A DNA stretch of 64,000 nt from a virus (IMGVR_UViG_3300029488_000242), one strand, 5' to 3'; numbered from the stretch's first letter, positions 20,542-31,663 are shown. Made by a program: numbers and translations. Notes: a model not told the origin generated them from the sequence alone.

Positions 20542-21054
20542 TTATAATCTTGTATCGTTAAGAAAAGTATTAATATCATAACGATAATTCACTTTTAATT
20601 TTTTCTTATTAATCAATATTGGGTTACAATATTTCAATAAATCATCTTCATTGAAACTTTTCTTAGATATAGAATTTATTAAATTATCCCATTCATCTAT
20701 CATAAGAAAATAGGTATTACTTGTTTTTCTGAAATCCAAAATAAAACCACTACATACATTTTTATAAGTAGAAAACTTCTTTAACGATTCTACTTGATAG
20801 TAGTGTATAATTCCTTTATCTTCCTTGGTTCGTTCAAATGAACAAGATCCTTCAAAAGTTTTTAATTCCAATGTCCAAAATGTATTTCTATTGCCACTAA
20901 AAATCATAAAGTCACATGGACTATGTTGACTAAATCTTAACTTTAAACTCATATCAAATGATTGAGCAGCATCAGGCGGTCTATAAATTAATACATCTTC
21001 TGGGCATGAATTTTTGAAGTTCTGTTCAAAAATTTTGCCTATATTTTTTGCTAT
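20542..21054 (-). CDS. RecU-like Holliday junction resolvase
   Basis: In-frame extension from ATA 21054 gives N.GK.FE...; PCDFM and LELKT PD-(D/E)xK motifs, HYYQ. Confidence 0.7.
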   Translation of the reverse strand: MAKNIGKIFEQNFKNSCPEDVLIYRPPDAAQSFDMSLKLRFSQHSPCDFMIFSGNRNTFWTLELKTFEGSCSFERTKEDKGIIHYYQVESLKKFSTYKNVCSGFILDFRKTSNTYFLMIDEWDNLINSISKKSFNEDDLLKYCNPILINKKKLKVNYRYDINTFLNDTRL

Positions 21055-21230
21055 AACTATTCATTCCTTTCTTGATTAAGGGTAGAAGAGTGGTCTAGCC
21101 ACACACTCTCCGTAAAATAAAAAATGCCCTTACTACATGGCTAGATAGTAGTAAAGACACTTTAAATGTGTTATAAATAAAAAGAGTGACTTCCGAAGAA
21201 ATCACTCTTTTAATAATATTTAATTGTTAT

Positions 21231-21440
21231 TTACATCGCTAATTGCATAGGATATAATTCCCATTTGCCATTTGGATATTTTTCAGCATTATCAGTTACT
21301 ATCTTATGTACTTCTTCAAGAGTTCTAACATTTGTATCAATATATATAACCTTTCCTCCCGTTATACATAATTCTTCGCAAATTAAATTAAAATATGTCA
21401 TAAACATTCCTCCATTATTTCTGTATACAGAATAATTCAT
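21231..21440 (-). CDS. hypothetical protein
   Basis: ORF track; GGAGG RBS precedes an internal ATG. Confidence 0.5.
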   Translation of the reverse strand: MNYSVYRNNGGMFMTYFNLICEELCITGGKVIYIDTNVRTLEEVHKIVTDNAEKYPNGKWELYPMQLAM

Positions 21441-21618
21441 ATAGATTTACTTTAAGTACACGAGATAAGGTGATTGCATGACTTAATAAAATATCATTTG
21501 TTTGATTATTTACAATTTTTGAAAGAGTGGTTCTTGAAATACCTGTTCTTTCTGATAATTGCTGTAATGTCATATTTTGTTTACAACGATATTCATCAAC
21601 TTTGTTCTTCATATACAT
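21415..21618 (-). CDS. XRE-family HTH protein
   Basis: MTLQQLSERTGISRTTLSKIVN HTH. Confidence 0.8.
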   Translation of the reverse strand: MYMKNKVDEYRCKQNMTLQQLSERTGISRTTLSKIVNNQTNDILLSHAITLSRVLKVNLYELFCIQK

Positions 21619-21705
21619 AAAGTATTTCCAATAATTTATTTTATATGAGTATTATACATAAATATATGTTAAGCAAAGTTTACCAAATATGTGATATTAT
21701 AAAAA

Positions 21706-22179
21706 TTAATCTTCTTTAATTGGCAAAGCCATAATTTCAGGATATAATTTGTCGTGATAAATATCATCGCCTCCTGCAGCTTCATAGATCTTTCCAAGTT
21801 CAATAAATGTTTTTAACCCTGATTTATCAATATACCCTTTGGTTACAAATTTTTCATGTAACCCATATAGTTGTCCTCTGAGAGTAGCAACTGTTTTTTC
21901 TTTATCTTTAATTTCTTTCTTTATGAGATTATCTTTAATATCATCAATGCCTCTGGATATTTTTTGAATTTCTTGGTACTGCCAATTATCATGTTTTTCA
22001 AGCGTTTTAATTCGAGTTTCAACAGTTTCTCTATCTTCGTCAATGCCTGTCTTTAATCGGAATTTCTTTTTAAAATAACCGAATATTTCAAGAATTTCCT
22101 TAGCAGCAAATAAGATGGCAAAAAAACCAAGAATGACTAATAAATAATCAATTTGTGCAAGTTTTTCTATAGAAACCAC
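21706..22179 (-). CDS. membrane-anchored protein of the lysis cassette (holin-associated)
   Basis: N-terminal TM helix, coiled coil, YEAAGGD motif; adjacent to holin. Confidence 0.55.
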   Translation of the reverse strand: MVSIEKLAQIDYLLVILGFFAILFAAKEILEIFGYFKKKFRLKTGIDEDRETVETRIKTLEKHDNWQYQEIQKISRGIDDIKDNLIKKEIKDKEKTVATLRGQLYGLHEKFVTKGYIDKSGLKTFIELGKIYEAAGGDDIYHDKLYPEIMALPIKED

Positions 22180-22198
22180 TCATATGTACCATCCCTTC

Positions 22199-22459
22199 TT
22201 ACTTCTTCAAAAAATTCTTAAAAGCTTCATATAAACCTGTAGAAGCAAGACCAGAGACAAGACCACCGAGCAGTATTTCAGGTGTAAAGGTCATATTCAT
22301 CCATATATTAAGGATTACACCCAATGCACCCATAATTGCAGGAATATACTTATTAACTGCATCTGTTGTTACAATATTTTTTAATACATAGCCAATACAT
22401 AAGCAAATACCAACGATAATCGGTACTGCAAAATTTGTTAAAAATGATAAATCTGTCAT
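22199..22459 (-). CDS. phage holin
   Basis: Start MTDLSF after GGAGG; 3 TM segments, NKYIP and GLASTGLYE motifs. Confidence 0.8.
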   Translation of the reverse strand: MTDLSFLTNFAVPIIVGICLCIGYVLKNIVTTDAVNKYIPAIMGALGVILNIWMNMTFTPEILLGGLVSGLASTGLYEAFKNFLKK

Positions 22460-22463
22460 AATT

Positions 22464-22706
22464 TTAATCCTCCGTATCATAATTTTTCCATCTTTGATAT
22501 AATTCTTTAGTGTCTTTTCGATCAAATATCATCACAATAATTTTCCTGTCATTCTTATTATCATAGCTAGGATAAATGTCGATAGGATATGCACCAGAAC
22601 TCATATAAAAGATTTGCTGTTTTACATTGCAGATTCTATTCACTTCATGCTCTGAATAGTTTCGTGCGTTATGTAGATTAGTTTCTATCATATATTTTCC
22701 TTTCAA
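22464..22706 (-). CDS. hypothetical protein
   Basis: 80 aa ORF. Confidence 0.55.
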   Translation of the reverse strand: MKGKYMIETNLHNARNYSEHEVNRICNVKQQIFYMSSGAYPIDIYPSYDNKNDRKIIVMIFDRKDTKELYQRWKNYDTED

Positions 22707-22778
22707 TCCGTAATAGCGTAAAAAATAGGGATTACAACATTGAATAGTAATATGTTATAATCCCTTATTTAAAAATCA

Positions 22779-23153
22779 CTATTCAACATTACTTTCAGCC
22801 TCATTTTCGACTTTTGTAACAATATCCTTTTTGACAGATTTAGCCTCTGTCTTTTTATTTTCTTTCTTAATAACTTGTGCTTTTGCCTTCATGATAGAGG
22901 TAATAGAATTCTTATAACTTTCGCCAAAGTATTCTTTTCTGCTCAAATCTAATTTTTCTAATTTTGGTTTTGCTTCAATATCTGTCGTGCGTCCATCTTC
23001 AAATGCAGAAGTCACTTCATCAATTTCATGGCAATTATCTGAACACCAACAAAAATACCATGTTGGTTTCAAACGATCTTCTGGATTACAAACTGGACAA
23101 AATGAATAAGTCTTACCGCAAAGCACACAAGTTCTCAATTCTTTCTTTGACAT
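22779..23153 (-). CDS. Cys-rich (Zn-binding) hypothetical protein
   Basis: CVLC..CPVC..CSDNC; AGGAGG RBS. Confidence 0.65.
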   Translation of the reverse strand: MSKKELRTCVLCGKTYSFCPVCNPEDRLKPTWYFCWCSDNCHEIDEVTSAFEDGRTTDIEAKPKLEKLDLSRKEYFGESYKNSITSIMKAKAQVIKKENKKTEAKSVKKDIVTKVENEAESNVE

Positions 23154-23202
23154 TATTCCTCCTTGTAAGAATAGGGCAGTAGTTTAACTGCCCTGCGTGT
23201 TC

Positions 23203-24039
23203 TTATAATTCGATATCGTCCTCTTCCTCGTCAATGTAATAAATAGAGAAAAGTTCTCCATCTGTAGAGCAAGCATTTAGCATCATAGAACCCTTATAAT
23301 CCATCGTCTGAGAATCACCACCCTGTAATGCAAGTGAAAACTCAGGACTTGGCATAAATGAAGGGATGTGAATGATAGCTGCTTTTAATACATCAGTCTC
23401 ACACTTATCTACTACAAGTGCCTTGAAGAACAACTCATGAGATTTTGGGAACTTTTTACCAGAATTAGTAATCTTTGCTCCGCTCTTAATTGTCTTCTTA
23501 TACTTGACAATATACTGAGTTTCACCATCTGCGATAGGCGGTGTTAATACATCACTCGCAGGTGTATTGTCTGGTTCACCCGAAGCTTCGGTGTGCTTAA
23601 TTGCATATTCAGTAGCAGAAGCGGCAGATCCTTTCTTAAATTCGTCCTTACCCATAGAACCCTTTGTAGAAAGAGCATTTACATGGATAGAACCTTCAAC
23701 AAATCCCGTAACATCTAATGTTTCGCCAGCTTTTACGATCTGAATCATCGGCATAACAATACCCTTATCTGCGGTTGCAATCTCAGCATCAGTAGCAGAA
23801 ATAGTCTCTACAACAGCAAGGTTAAGGAATGCGTTAGTTGCAGTAACCTCACCTTTCTTACCTGTATACTTACGATATACAAGGTTTCCATCCTTATCAT
23901 TGATATCTGTTGAGTCAGCCGTAATATCAATATTTGCCTGTGTAAGCTGTGTTAAAGCATACAGAGGTGTACCATTAGACTTTGCACCGTAACCAAACTG
24001 AAGTCTATCTACGATTACGTCACCTAATTTAAATGCCAT
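23203..24039 (-). CDS. major tail (tube) protein
   Basis: 278 aa, beta-rich, AGGAGG RBS, follows connector genes, followed by hairpin. Confidence 0.65.
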   Translation of the reverse strand: MAFKLGDVIVDRLQFGYGAKSNGTPLYALTQLTQANIDITADSTDINDKDGNLVYRKYTGKKGEVTATNAFLNLAVVETISATDAEIATADKGIVMPMIQIVKAGETLDVTGFVEGSIHVNALSTKGSMGKDEFKKGSAASATEYAIKHTEASGEPDNTPASDVLTPPIADGETQYIVKYKKTIKSGAKITNSGKKFPKSHELFFKALVVDKCETDVLKAAIIHIPSFMPSPEFSLALQGGDSQTMDYKGSMMLNACSTDGELFSIYYIDEEEDDIEL

Positions 24040-24090
24040 AATTATTTTCCTCCTTTAAAATTGTTATTTTTATGCAATAAAAATGAGCGA

Positions 24091-24924
24091 TTAAATATCG
24101 CCCATAAAATTGATTAAATCTTCAGGAATGTCTTTGGCTGACACCATACCACCGTAAATTCCGTGTAAAGCAGCCGTTCCCTGTTCGTATTTTTGAATTC
24201 TGTTTACAGAATCCATAAACTGACATATATTCACTTGTTTTAATTCTTCCAACTTATATTTAAACCCAGGATGATTTATACAACTCGAAACAAGTGGTAA
24301 AAGAGTCGATGCGCCTTTCTTTTTATCATCCTGTTCTGCTTTCATTCTATCTTCTTGTAAAATCCATTGTTTTGTTGTTTTACCTTTTGCCTTTTCAACC
24401 TTTGGATGAACATTCATCATCGCTCGAATAAATTCAGCAATTTCCATATATTCATCATCATAAATAATCATATTTTTATCTTGATTTAAAAGCGCAAGAT
24501 GATTGTATTCTGGATCGTCAACATTTTTTCTTGCTTGAATTAGTTCAAATCCATCAAAACTAAAATCTTTGAATAGTAGCTTTAACGGCTCTTTATCTTC
24601 GAGCAATTGATATAAGATATAAAACACTTCAATATCTTTTGTTTTGTTCCAATCCTTTTTAAATACATCATAAAGAAGAACTCGAATGGAAGTAGAATTA
24701 CTAAGAAAAGGAGAGATTGCATGGTAAAATTTTGATTCGCCAATATTTAAAATATCTCCTATGGTTGGAATTGAAATAGTTATACCATTTATTGTATAAT
24801 CTTCACCAAAATACATTTTAAGTTTGTCAAAATGGTATTCTGGATTATTACTTTTTTCTTGTTTCTTTTTTATATCTTCTTCAGCAGCAGATTGAAGATT
24901 ATTTAATGTCTCTAATACATCCAA
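24091..24924 (-). CDS. conserved virion-module protein
   Basis: 277 aa between connector and tail tube genes. Confidence 0.55.
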   Translation of the reverse strand: MDVLETLNNLQSAAEEDIKKKQEKSNNPEYHFDKLKMYFGEDYTINGITISIPTIGDILNIGESKFYHAISPFLSNSTSIRVLLYDVFKKDWNKTKDIEVFYILYQLLEDKEPLKLLFKDFSFDGFELIQARKNVDDPEYNHLALLNQDKNMIIYDDEYMEIAEFIRAMMNVHPKVEKAKGKTTKQWILQEDRMKAEQDDKKKGASTLLPLVSSCINHPGFKYKLEELKQVNICQFMDSVNRIQKYEQGTAALHGIYGGMVSAKDIPEDLINFMGDI

Positions 24925-24928
24925 ATAA

Positions 24929-25579
24929 TCACCGCCTTATACCGTAATTCATAATAGAAGACTTTTTATCTGTTGTTTTATGAATTCCATTAGTATCAAC
25001 AACTTGGAATACGAGAGTGCGAACAAGATAATTATTATCTGTTGTAGATTCCTTAGAAGATATGAGATGAGTCTGCATACCAAAGATATTTGACCAATTA
25101 AATCGCTCTCTTATAATAGAAGCAATAAGATCGTGTCTTGGAACACCAGTTAATTTATCATTTCTGTCATTACCATGAACAAAAATAGTAAATGTAACAT
25201 TTGTATACTTTAATGTATCCTGATAGCGAGGCATTTCATCAAAAGATACTTGGTAACAGATATAATGTTTTACTTCAGTCTGAGTATCAGGAATAAATAA
25301 ATAAGGACGAATATTAGATGTTCCACCAAAATATCTATCCCATTCCCCAAGAGGTTCATACTCTTTTGTATCTTCGTTCCATTCCCAGTTGATATTACCA
25401 TCATCGTCAAAAAGTTCAGATTCTAATGATTTTTCATTAAGTGCATATAAAAGACATGGATTAAGCATAAGTGCTTTTTCAATCTTTTTCTTATACTGAA
25501 TATTTTCATCATCAGGAGTAGTCTTATATGCACGAAGCTTATTTAACAAATCATTTTTTGTAACTAATTTTTCTGCCAT
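24929..25579 (-). CDS. putative tail terminator/completion protein
   Basis: 216 aa; PYLFIPDTQ...RHDLIASII pattern and synteny. Confidence 0.55.
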   Translation of the reverse strand: MAEKLVTKNDLLNKLRAYKTTPDDENIQYKKKIEKALMLNPCLLYALNEKSLESELFDDDGNINWEWNEDTKEYEPLGEWDRYFGGTSNIRPYLFIPDTQTEVKHYICYQVSFDEMPRYQDTLKYTNVTFTIFVHGNDRNDKLTGVPRHDLIASIIRERFNWSNIFGMQTHLISSKESTTDNNYLVRTLVFQVVDTNGIHKTTDKKSSIMNYGIRR

Positions 25580-25589
25580 AAAACACCTC

Positions 25590-26852
25590 CTATTCAGTTA
25601 ATTCTAACGACAAAATTTCGGATTCAATCGGTAAATTATCCTTAACAATTTCGCACTTAATAGACAGTATTTTGCCGATAGTAGAAGCGTCATTAGGAAA
25701 CTTTACTTTCTTTTGGTTGTACTCTGTGCCAGCTCGCCATGTAACTTTATCAGTCCAATTTTCATTATCAATAGAGCAAGTCCATGTAAAGGTTGCATCA
25801 ACATATTCAGTTGTAATATCTTCATTGGAATCATTAAATAGATTTACTGTGAGATTTTTATAGCTGCCACCAACTTTAATAGTTGAAGTGGATGCTGAAA
25901 TTCTTGCTGTAATAGAAGATGGGGGAGTGGTTGGAGTAGATGGATCAGTTGGGGCAATTTCTGAATCGAAATAGTTCGCATACATTTCGCCCGTTTCAAG
26001 ATTGACATAATCCGTATGCTCGTTCCAAAATGCCGTATATATAGTAAGTTTTTGAATACCAAATGGCATTGAATTTTCAACCTTGGTCACTGTCCATACT
26101 GTAGGATGTTCTGTTAAAGCACTTACTACAACACGCATATTTTTAGAATCTTCAGAAGTGTACCAAAACTTCTCTGTAATAGAGTTCATTGGCAACCATA
26201 TCTTATCCTGATTATCTGTATGTGTAAAATATCGGTCTGTGTAAGTTCCGATCGTGTAGGAATTCTGTTGTCTTAAACAACACCACATACGTCTCTTGAT
26301 ACGCTTATCATTAGATTTTTCAATCCATGTAAGTTCGTAATTTACTGGTAAAATTAGATACTTTGGAAACTGATTTGCAGGTTCATCACGACAGACAATC
26401 CACTTATGATAAATTCCTCTATCATCTGGAACGTCCACGAAAAGCCCTATCGGAAATGTTGCCCCATAGCGTTTCCTAAAATCAACCTCATAATAATAAA
26501 GGTCATCACCTTCGTTGAATCTTACAGGCTGACTTGGACGAAACATAAGATAGTATTCTACTTGATCTTTGTCCATTGACTGATAAGATTTGATAATGAA
26601 CTTTGCATCTATCTTTGTCTTATTGGTATTTTCATATGTCATACCTTCAGCGAGAGAACGTGTAATTCCATACTCGTCTGTGAAGAAGTCATCATGAAAA
26701 TAGTCATAGATATAACAAGTCCTTGTAGCTATGTCGTTTTCAAATGTCTGTTCCATCGCCCAATCAGACTGTTCCTTATATATCTGACCAATCGTTTTAG
26801 CTTCGTTGTTCTTGGCGTTTGCGACACGCCTAGCTGTTTGTAGACTCGGCAT
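25590..26852 (-). CDS. putative head closure protein with C-terminal Ig-like domain
   Basis: 420 aa; P/T linker then STSTIKVGGSYK Ig-like domain; synteny. Confidence 0.55.
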   Translation of the reverse strand: MPSLQTARRVANAKNNEAKTIGQIYKEQSDWAMEQTFENDIATRTCYIYDYFHDDFFTDEYGITRSLAEGMTYENTNKTKIDAKFIIKSYQSMDKDQVEYYLMFRPSQPVRFNEGDDLYYYEVDFRKRYGATFPIGLFVDVPDDRGIYHKWIVCRDEPANQFPKYLILPVNYELTWIEKSNDKRIKRRMWCCLRQQNSYTIGTYTDRYFTHTDNQDKIWLPMNSITEKFWYTSEDSKNMRVVVSALTEHPTVWTVTKVENSMPFGIQKLTIYTAFWNEHTDYVNLETGEMYANYFDSEIAPTDPSTPTTPPSSITARISASTSTIKVGGSYKNLTVNLFNDSNEDITTEYVDATFTWTCSIDNENWTDKVTWRAGTEYNQKKVKFPNDASTIGKILSIKCEIVKDNLPIESEILSLELTE

Positions 26853-27195
26853 CGCTTACACCTCCCTCAAACATTGCTTTTATATATCCATGAGAATCTA
26901 AGATTGCCCTACGGAATTTTTTGTAACTGAAATGGTCGCTCTTGAAATTATCCATAGCACCTTGTAAAGTCGCCATAAGAGTTACCATAAGCCCGTTATC
27001 GTTAAATAATGTTTTTGTTCCACCTAATTTAAACATAACGTTTTCAAAGAAGACGAGAAACGCTTCATCATCTTCAAATATTTTCTCTTCAATTGTCTTG
27101 TCTTTATAGAGCAGTAGTTTGTGAATATCACCGTGCATCGCACGAACTGCTTCATTGATTTGCTTGTCTGTAAAGTCACCATATATGTATTGCAT
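26830..27195 (-). CDS. hypothetical protein
   Basis: Probable start MQYIYG after GGAG. Confidence 0.55.
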   Translation of the reverse strand: MQYIYGDFTDKQINEAVRAMHGDIHKLLLYKDKTIEEKIFEDDEAFLVFFENVMFKLGGTKTLFNDNGLMVTLMATLQGAMDNFKSDHFSYKKFRRAILDSHGYIKAMFEGGVSDAESTNS

Positions 27196-27196
27196 A

Positions 27197-27652
27197 TTAG
27201 GACTCCGTGTTAATATAGGAATTATACATATATCCGTAATCACGAATACGTTTATTCAATTCAGTTTTCATGGAATCAAGACGGTCGATCATATTTTTAT
27301 GATTGTCGAGTAGCTTCTTTTCTTCTTTACCACCTATCATTACTGATGTGTGCATAATAGAATCAACCTGTGGCTGTAACCACTCAATCGTCATTCCAAG
27401 CACAAGAATTCCTACGACAAAATTCATATCAGCCGTTTCGTCTACTGAATTATTCAGTGTAAAATCCAACTGTTGAATTTCATCATCGAGTGTGAGAGAA
27501 GAGAATAGTCTACGCACCCTTGGATTAGCAATTACATTGCTTAATCGCTCTGTATATATTTCAAGCAAATCGTTTTCATCAAGAGAGAGTTCTTTCATAT
27601 CTGAAATTCGTCCTCTTGTTCGTGAAAAAATTGTTTCATATGGAAGCGTCAT
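27197..27652 (-). CDS. putative head-tail adaptor
   Basis: 151 aa helical protein two genes after MCP. Confidence 0.55.
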   Translation of the reverse strand: MTLPYETIFSRTRGRISDMKELSLDENDLLEIYTERLSNVIANPRVRRLFSSLTLDDEIQQLDFTLNNSVDETADMNFVVGILVLGMTIEWLQPQVDSIMHTSVMIGGKEEKKLLDNHKNMIDRLDSMKTELNKRIRDYGYMYNSYINTES

Positions 27653-27667
27653 TGTGAGCCTCCTTTA

Positions 27668-28201
27668 TTACATATTCAATTTTAAAAGTAACTCTGTTCC
27701 AAAAATAGAATCAAGCATCTGAATTCTCTTAACAGAATCAAGTGTTCCGTCATCAACCATACTTGTTGCAATAGTTTTTAATGCTTCCTGTGCTCCAATT
27801 GGAAGAGAATAGATAGCTTTTTCCATTTGCGAAGGAGTCATCTTTAAAATATCTCTTAAATCATTTGTCGAATGAAGAGTAGAATATAAATCATCAAGTT
27901 CTGGATGTAATGCAATGAAATCTGCATCCTGCACAACAAAACGAGGTTTAAACATCATCTTGTCACCCTTCCTTGCTGCATAATCCAAATCTCTAAATTC
28001 AATTTCCTGAACGTCATCAATATCTGCAAATGTATATAAAGTATCTGATTTAAGTCCAACATAAAATAATTCTCCTGCGGTAAGAGACACACATGGAATC
28101 ATTTCTGTTGGCTCAAACTTCTTTTTTTCTGATTTCTTTTCAGCCACATCAGTATTAGTATTTTCTACTGCTTTTGTGGTTGTCTTTTTTGTATATGCCA
28201 T
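27668..28201 (-). CDS. hypothetical head-module protein
   Basis: 177 aa immediately after MCP. Confidence 0.55.
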   Translation of the reverse strand: MAYTKKTTTKAVENTNTDVAEKKSEKKKFEPTEMIPCVSLTAGELFYVGLKSDTLYTFADIDDVQEIEFRDLDYAARKGDKMMFKPRFVVQDADFIALHPELDDLYSTLHSTNDLRDILKMTPSQMEKAIYSLPIGAQEALKTIATSMVDDGTLDSVKRIQMLDSIFGTELLLKLNM

Positions 28202-28267
28202 TTATTTTTTCCTTTCTATCCAATATAAAAAGAGTGGCTAGATAATCTAACCACTCAATTTTATTTA

Positions 28268-29389
28268 TTACTCAAGAGTCCACTGACCAAAGTACTGTGG
28301 TAATACTACCTCAACACCCATTTCTCTCTGAACTTCATATTTCTGGAAGTCATCAGCGTGTTCACCCTTCTGAGTACCAGACTCATAAATCTGAGTTTCG
28401 CCCTTATCTGTAAACCACACGAACTGTTCCTGATTCTTTGCAAAGATAAGAAGTCTCTTATCGTCAATAAGTCTCTTTGTTACATCATTGAAAGCAAATC
28501 TCTGAGGAATCTCAATGAGTTCTGTTCCCTCATATGTACCAAGGCGACCTGTCTTAGCAACATCCTCCTTCTGAGATAAACTTCTCCAATCAACTTCTGT
28601 AAGACCATTAAGTTTCTTTAATGCAGTCTTTGTACCCATAATAACAACTTCTGCGCTATTGGCTGTTCCAACATCCTCAAGAAGTGTATCAAACTTGTCT
28701 TTTGTAGAAGCAGATAAAGCACCTGTTTTTACAAACTGAGAGTTGTTAGGTAACTTAGTAGCAGCTCCATAAATTCCTGTATAGCAAAGTTCCTGAACCT
28801 TATATACAAATGCTTCTGCAATCTTATCTGTCAGTTCTGTAAAATCAATACGTCCAAGTAAAATAAGATCAATATCCTTACCAATCTTTACACCATACTT
28901 CTTAGTATGAATCTTGTGTGCTGTACCTTCATTTAAGTACTGTAAAGTCAGATCATGATGGTCGCCACTGATTTCAGCAACAGCAAGCATAACCTTTTCT
29001 TTTGACCAGAACTCTTCCTCGTCACCAAGTTTAACATTTCTCATATCTACAAAATCATTAAACCACTCAGATTCCTTAAATGCTGTATCTACCTTAAAAT
29101 CAATATCAGACTCAAGTAACTCATATACTTCTGTGTGATGAAGCTCTAAAGCTCTTTCACGTCTCTTGTTGGATCTAAGATCATCTTCAGTAAGGTCACA
29201 TACTTCCATAATAATTTTACGGATTGCCTTGTTTGCTTCGTGCTTAGAAACCTTTCTCTGGTTTCCGTCATCATCGTACTCATAAATATCAATTCCGTGA
29301 TTTAAATTGTATGTAAGCTTCTTAAAATTTTCATACTTATCAGCATCTTCAAAAACTTTTCTTAAATGTTCTGTACTAAATCTCATCAT
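28268..29389 (-). CDS. major capsid protein
   Basis: 373 aa, AGGAGG RBS, follows protease/scaffold and decoration gene, followed by terminator. Confidence 0.75.
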   Translation of the reverse strand: MMRFSTEHLRKVFEDADKYENFKKLTYNLNHGIDIYEYDDDGNQRKVSKHEANKAIRKIIMEVCDLTEDDLRSNKRRERALELHHTEVYELLESDIDFKVDTAFKESEWFNDFVDMRNVKLGDEEEFWSKEKVMLAVAEISGDHHDLTLQYLNEGTAHKIHTKKYGVKIGKDIDLILLGRIDFTELTDKIAEAFVYKVQELCYTGIYGAATKLPNNSQFVKTGALSASTKDKFDTLLEDVGTANSAEVVIMGTKTALKKLNGLTEVDWRSLSQKEDVAKTGRLGTYEGTELIEIPQRFAFNDVTKRLIDDKRLLIFAKNQEQFVWFTDKGETQIYESGTQKGEHADDFQKYEVQREMGVEVVLPQYFGQWTLE

Positions 29390-29410
29390 TATTCTATATC
29401 CTCCTTTCTA

Positions 29411-29884
29411 TTACGCACCAATTTTTAATTTTCCACTAGAAATCGTTGTGATTTCAGCTCCAACTGTAGGTGAGCCATCAAAGTTGTCCTCTGTAAGCCA
29501 ATAACGATCCTGTGAATGAAGCATGTATCCACGAACTGCACCGTCTGCTGGATCGTTATAGAAATTAGAAGCAAGTGCGAGTGAACGAGGACTCTCGACA
29601 TTGTTGAGTGGTTTCTGATAGATAACACCAACTCCCTTTGGATCTCTAATTACAACAAGGTATCTTCCTGACGCATCCTTCATTGCGATATAAGCATCAA
29701 TTTCAGTTGCAGCTTCCATCTCCCAATTATCAAGAGAAGTCATCTTACCTGGTTTAAAATGATATCCGTTAGGTGTATCTTCTGTGATCTTTACGGATAA
29801 AATGTGCTCACCATAATCCTGAGCAAGTAAATTACCAATTTCCATCTGTGGAAATTTTGTAGCAGCATATTTAATAGCCATTAT
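29411..29884 (-). CDS. putative capsid decoration protein
   Basis: Start MAIKYAA after AAGGAGG; between scaffold and MCP. Confidence 0.55.
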   Translation of the reverse strand: MMAIKYAATKFPQMEIGNLLAQDYGEHILSVKITEDTPNGYHFKPGKMTSLDNWEMEAATEIDAYIAMKDASGRYLVVIRDPKGVGVIYQKPLNNVESPRSLALASNFYNDPADGAVRGYMLHSQDRYWLTEDNFDGSPTVGAEITTISSGKLKIGA

Positions 29885-29968
29885 GTTTTCCTCCTTAAAT
29901 TTTTGTTTTTTTTGCAATAAAAAAGAACGCATAAAGCGTTCTGTGCGAAATAAAGTTATATTCAGTTT

Positions 29969-31663
29969 TTAATCAAATAAGTTGCCGTAGTTTTTCTTAG
30001 GCTTTGATTTCTTATTCATATTTGTAAGTATCTTAACTGAATTTGTGTTTTTCTTTGTGTCAACAGAAGAGAAGTTCGCATGTGCAGACATATAATCTGA
30101 ATGCATAACCTTTACCTTTGTTTCAAAGTCTTCTACAGAATAATTATCCATAGTCTTTACTAATTCGGCAAAATCAGCATTCACATAATTTCCATCTGAA
30201 TCTTTCTCTGTAAGAACAGAATAATTATCAGTATTGAGAATAGCTTCTTTCTGGGCATGAAGCTCATTCTTTTCTGCTGTCTCTTTGAACTCCTTGAGGG
30301 CGGCGTAATTTGAACGCATAGATTCAAGTTCAGCCTTCTCACTTGCTGTTAAAAGTTCACGGAATAATTCTATACGCTCACCATCAAATGAAACATTATC
30401 TCCATCTTTTGTATAGTTCTGGCGGTAAATTTTATCTGTACACCAACCCTCATATACAAAATAAGAATCAAATACATTTGAGATATAGTAATAATCATTA
30501 TCCGACTCTTCATATGGGGCTAACAGATTATAGAGTGCATATCTTGTATCTTCGTGAGAAATCTCATATGTACGAACAATCTTTTCAAAAGTCTGACTTC
30601 CACCTTCATCACCATCTGGATCAGAAGCTCCTTCGCCATCACCTTCTCCATCATTGGAAGGTTCACCAGATTCTCCGTTATCTGAATTGTCTCCGTCTGA
30701 ATTGTCATCATCGAACATCTCAGCGAATTTTGCTTCAAGTTCCTCATCTGACATTTCTGCATAGTCAAATGCTACATCTTCAACAGTTTTACCATACTTG
30801 GCAAGTAACTCTTCAAATTTTGTCATTTTGTTATTTGTTCCTCCTTCCTTTGATTGTGTTTGAACAGGAGTCTGTTCTTTATTGAAATTAGAAAGTGTCT
30901 TGTTAAGATTTTCTAAGAGTTCAATCATTTTTTCATCTTTGTCAAATTTTACTGAATTGTTATTTACACTAAAATCTGCAATATCAGCACGAGAACCTTC
31001 CATGCCTTCCTGAATTTCTGTACCATCATCATGACTTCCTAACAAAGTTGAAGCATTTACATAGAAATCGTTTAATTCAAGATACTTTTCTTTGGCGTTG
31101 TAGGATAATTCATCAATGAAAAGCTCACAGCTATTTTTTGAACCTTGTTTTGCACGAATAATTTCACAAGCCTTTGTATATTCTTCGCTAATATAAGCAT
31201 AAGCACATACATAATCTTTATCTAAATTATCATCATGTTCCCAAAACGCAGGTTCAGATGAGAAAGAGCCAACTTGAGATTCAATATATCTAAGTTCTTC
31301 ATTACCTTTTTCGTCTTTAACAATTTCCATCTCATGACCTTCGAAATCCCAAGTTCCGTCTGCAAGCTGATGGATCGCCGCCAACACAGGTCTGTCAGCA
31401 ATTGTATTCATTGCTTTCTCAGCAGCATCCTTTGATACATAACTCTTATTTCTGTTAAGTCCTATATGAAAAATTCTGAATTTAAGACGCATCATTCCAC
31501 GATGATTTTCGTCTACGGTATCGTCTATCTCAAAAGTAGTAGGTACTTTTAAAGCCAACTGATAGCCAGTATCTTTAGAACTGAATTTTGCAAATTTCTG
31601 CTCTTGACAGAATTTTAGTAAATCATCTTCAGTTAAAATTTTCTTTTTAATAACCTTTGGCAT
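29969..31663 (-). CDS. prohead protease / scaffold fusion
   Basis: HIGLNRNKS and SCEL protease-like motifs, acidic G/D linker, coiled-coil C-term; synteny. Confidence 0.65.
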   Translation of the reverse strand: MPKVIKKKILTEDDLLKFCQEQKFAKFSSKDTGYQLALKVPTTFEIDDTVDENHRGMMRLKFRIFHIGLNRNKSYVSKDAAEKAMNTIADRPVLAAIHQLADGTWDFEGHEMEIVKDEKGNEELRYIESQVGSFSSEPAFWEHDDNLDKDYVCAYAYISEEYTKACEIIRAKQGSKNSCELFIDELSYNAKEKYLELNDFYVNASTLLGSHDDGTEIQEGMEGSRADIADFSVNNNSVKFDKDEKMIELLENLNKTLSNFNKEQTPVQTQSKEGGTNNKMTKFEELLAKYGKTVEDVAFDYAEMSDEELEAKFAEMFDDDNSDGDNSDNGESGEPSNDGEGDGEGASDPDGDEGGSQTFEKIVRTYEISHEDTRYALYNLLAPYEESDNDYYYISNVFDSYFVYEGWCTDKIYRQNYTKDGDNVSFDGERIELFRELLTASEKAELESMRSNYAALKEFKETAEKNELHAQKEAILNTDNYSVLTEKDSDGNYVNADFAELVKTMDNYSVEDFETKVKVMHSDYMSAHANFSSVDTKKNTNSVKILTNMNKKSKPKKNYGNLFD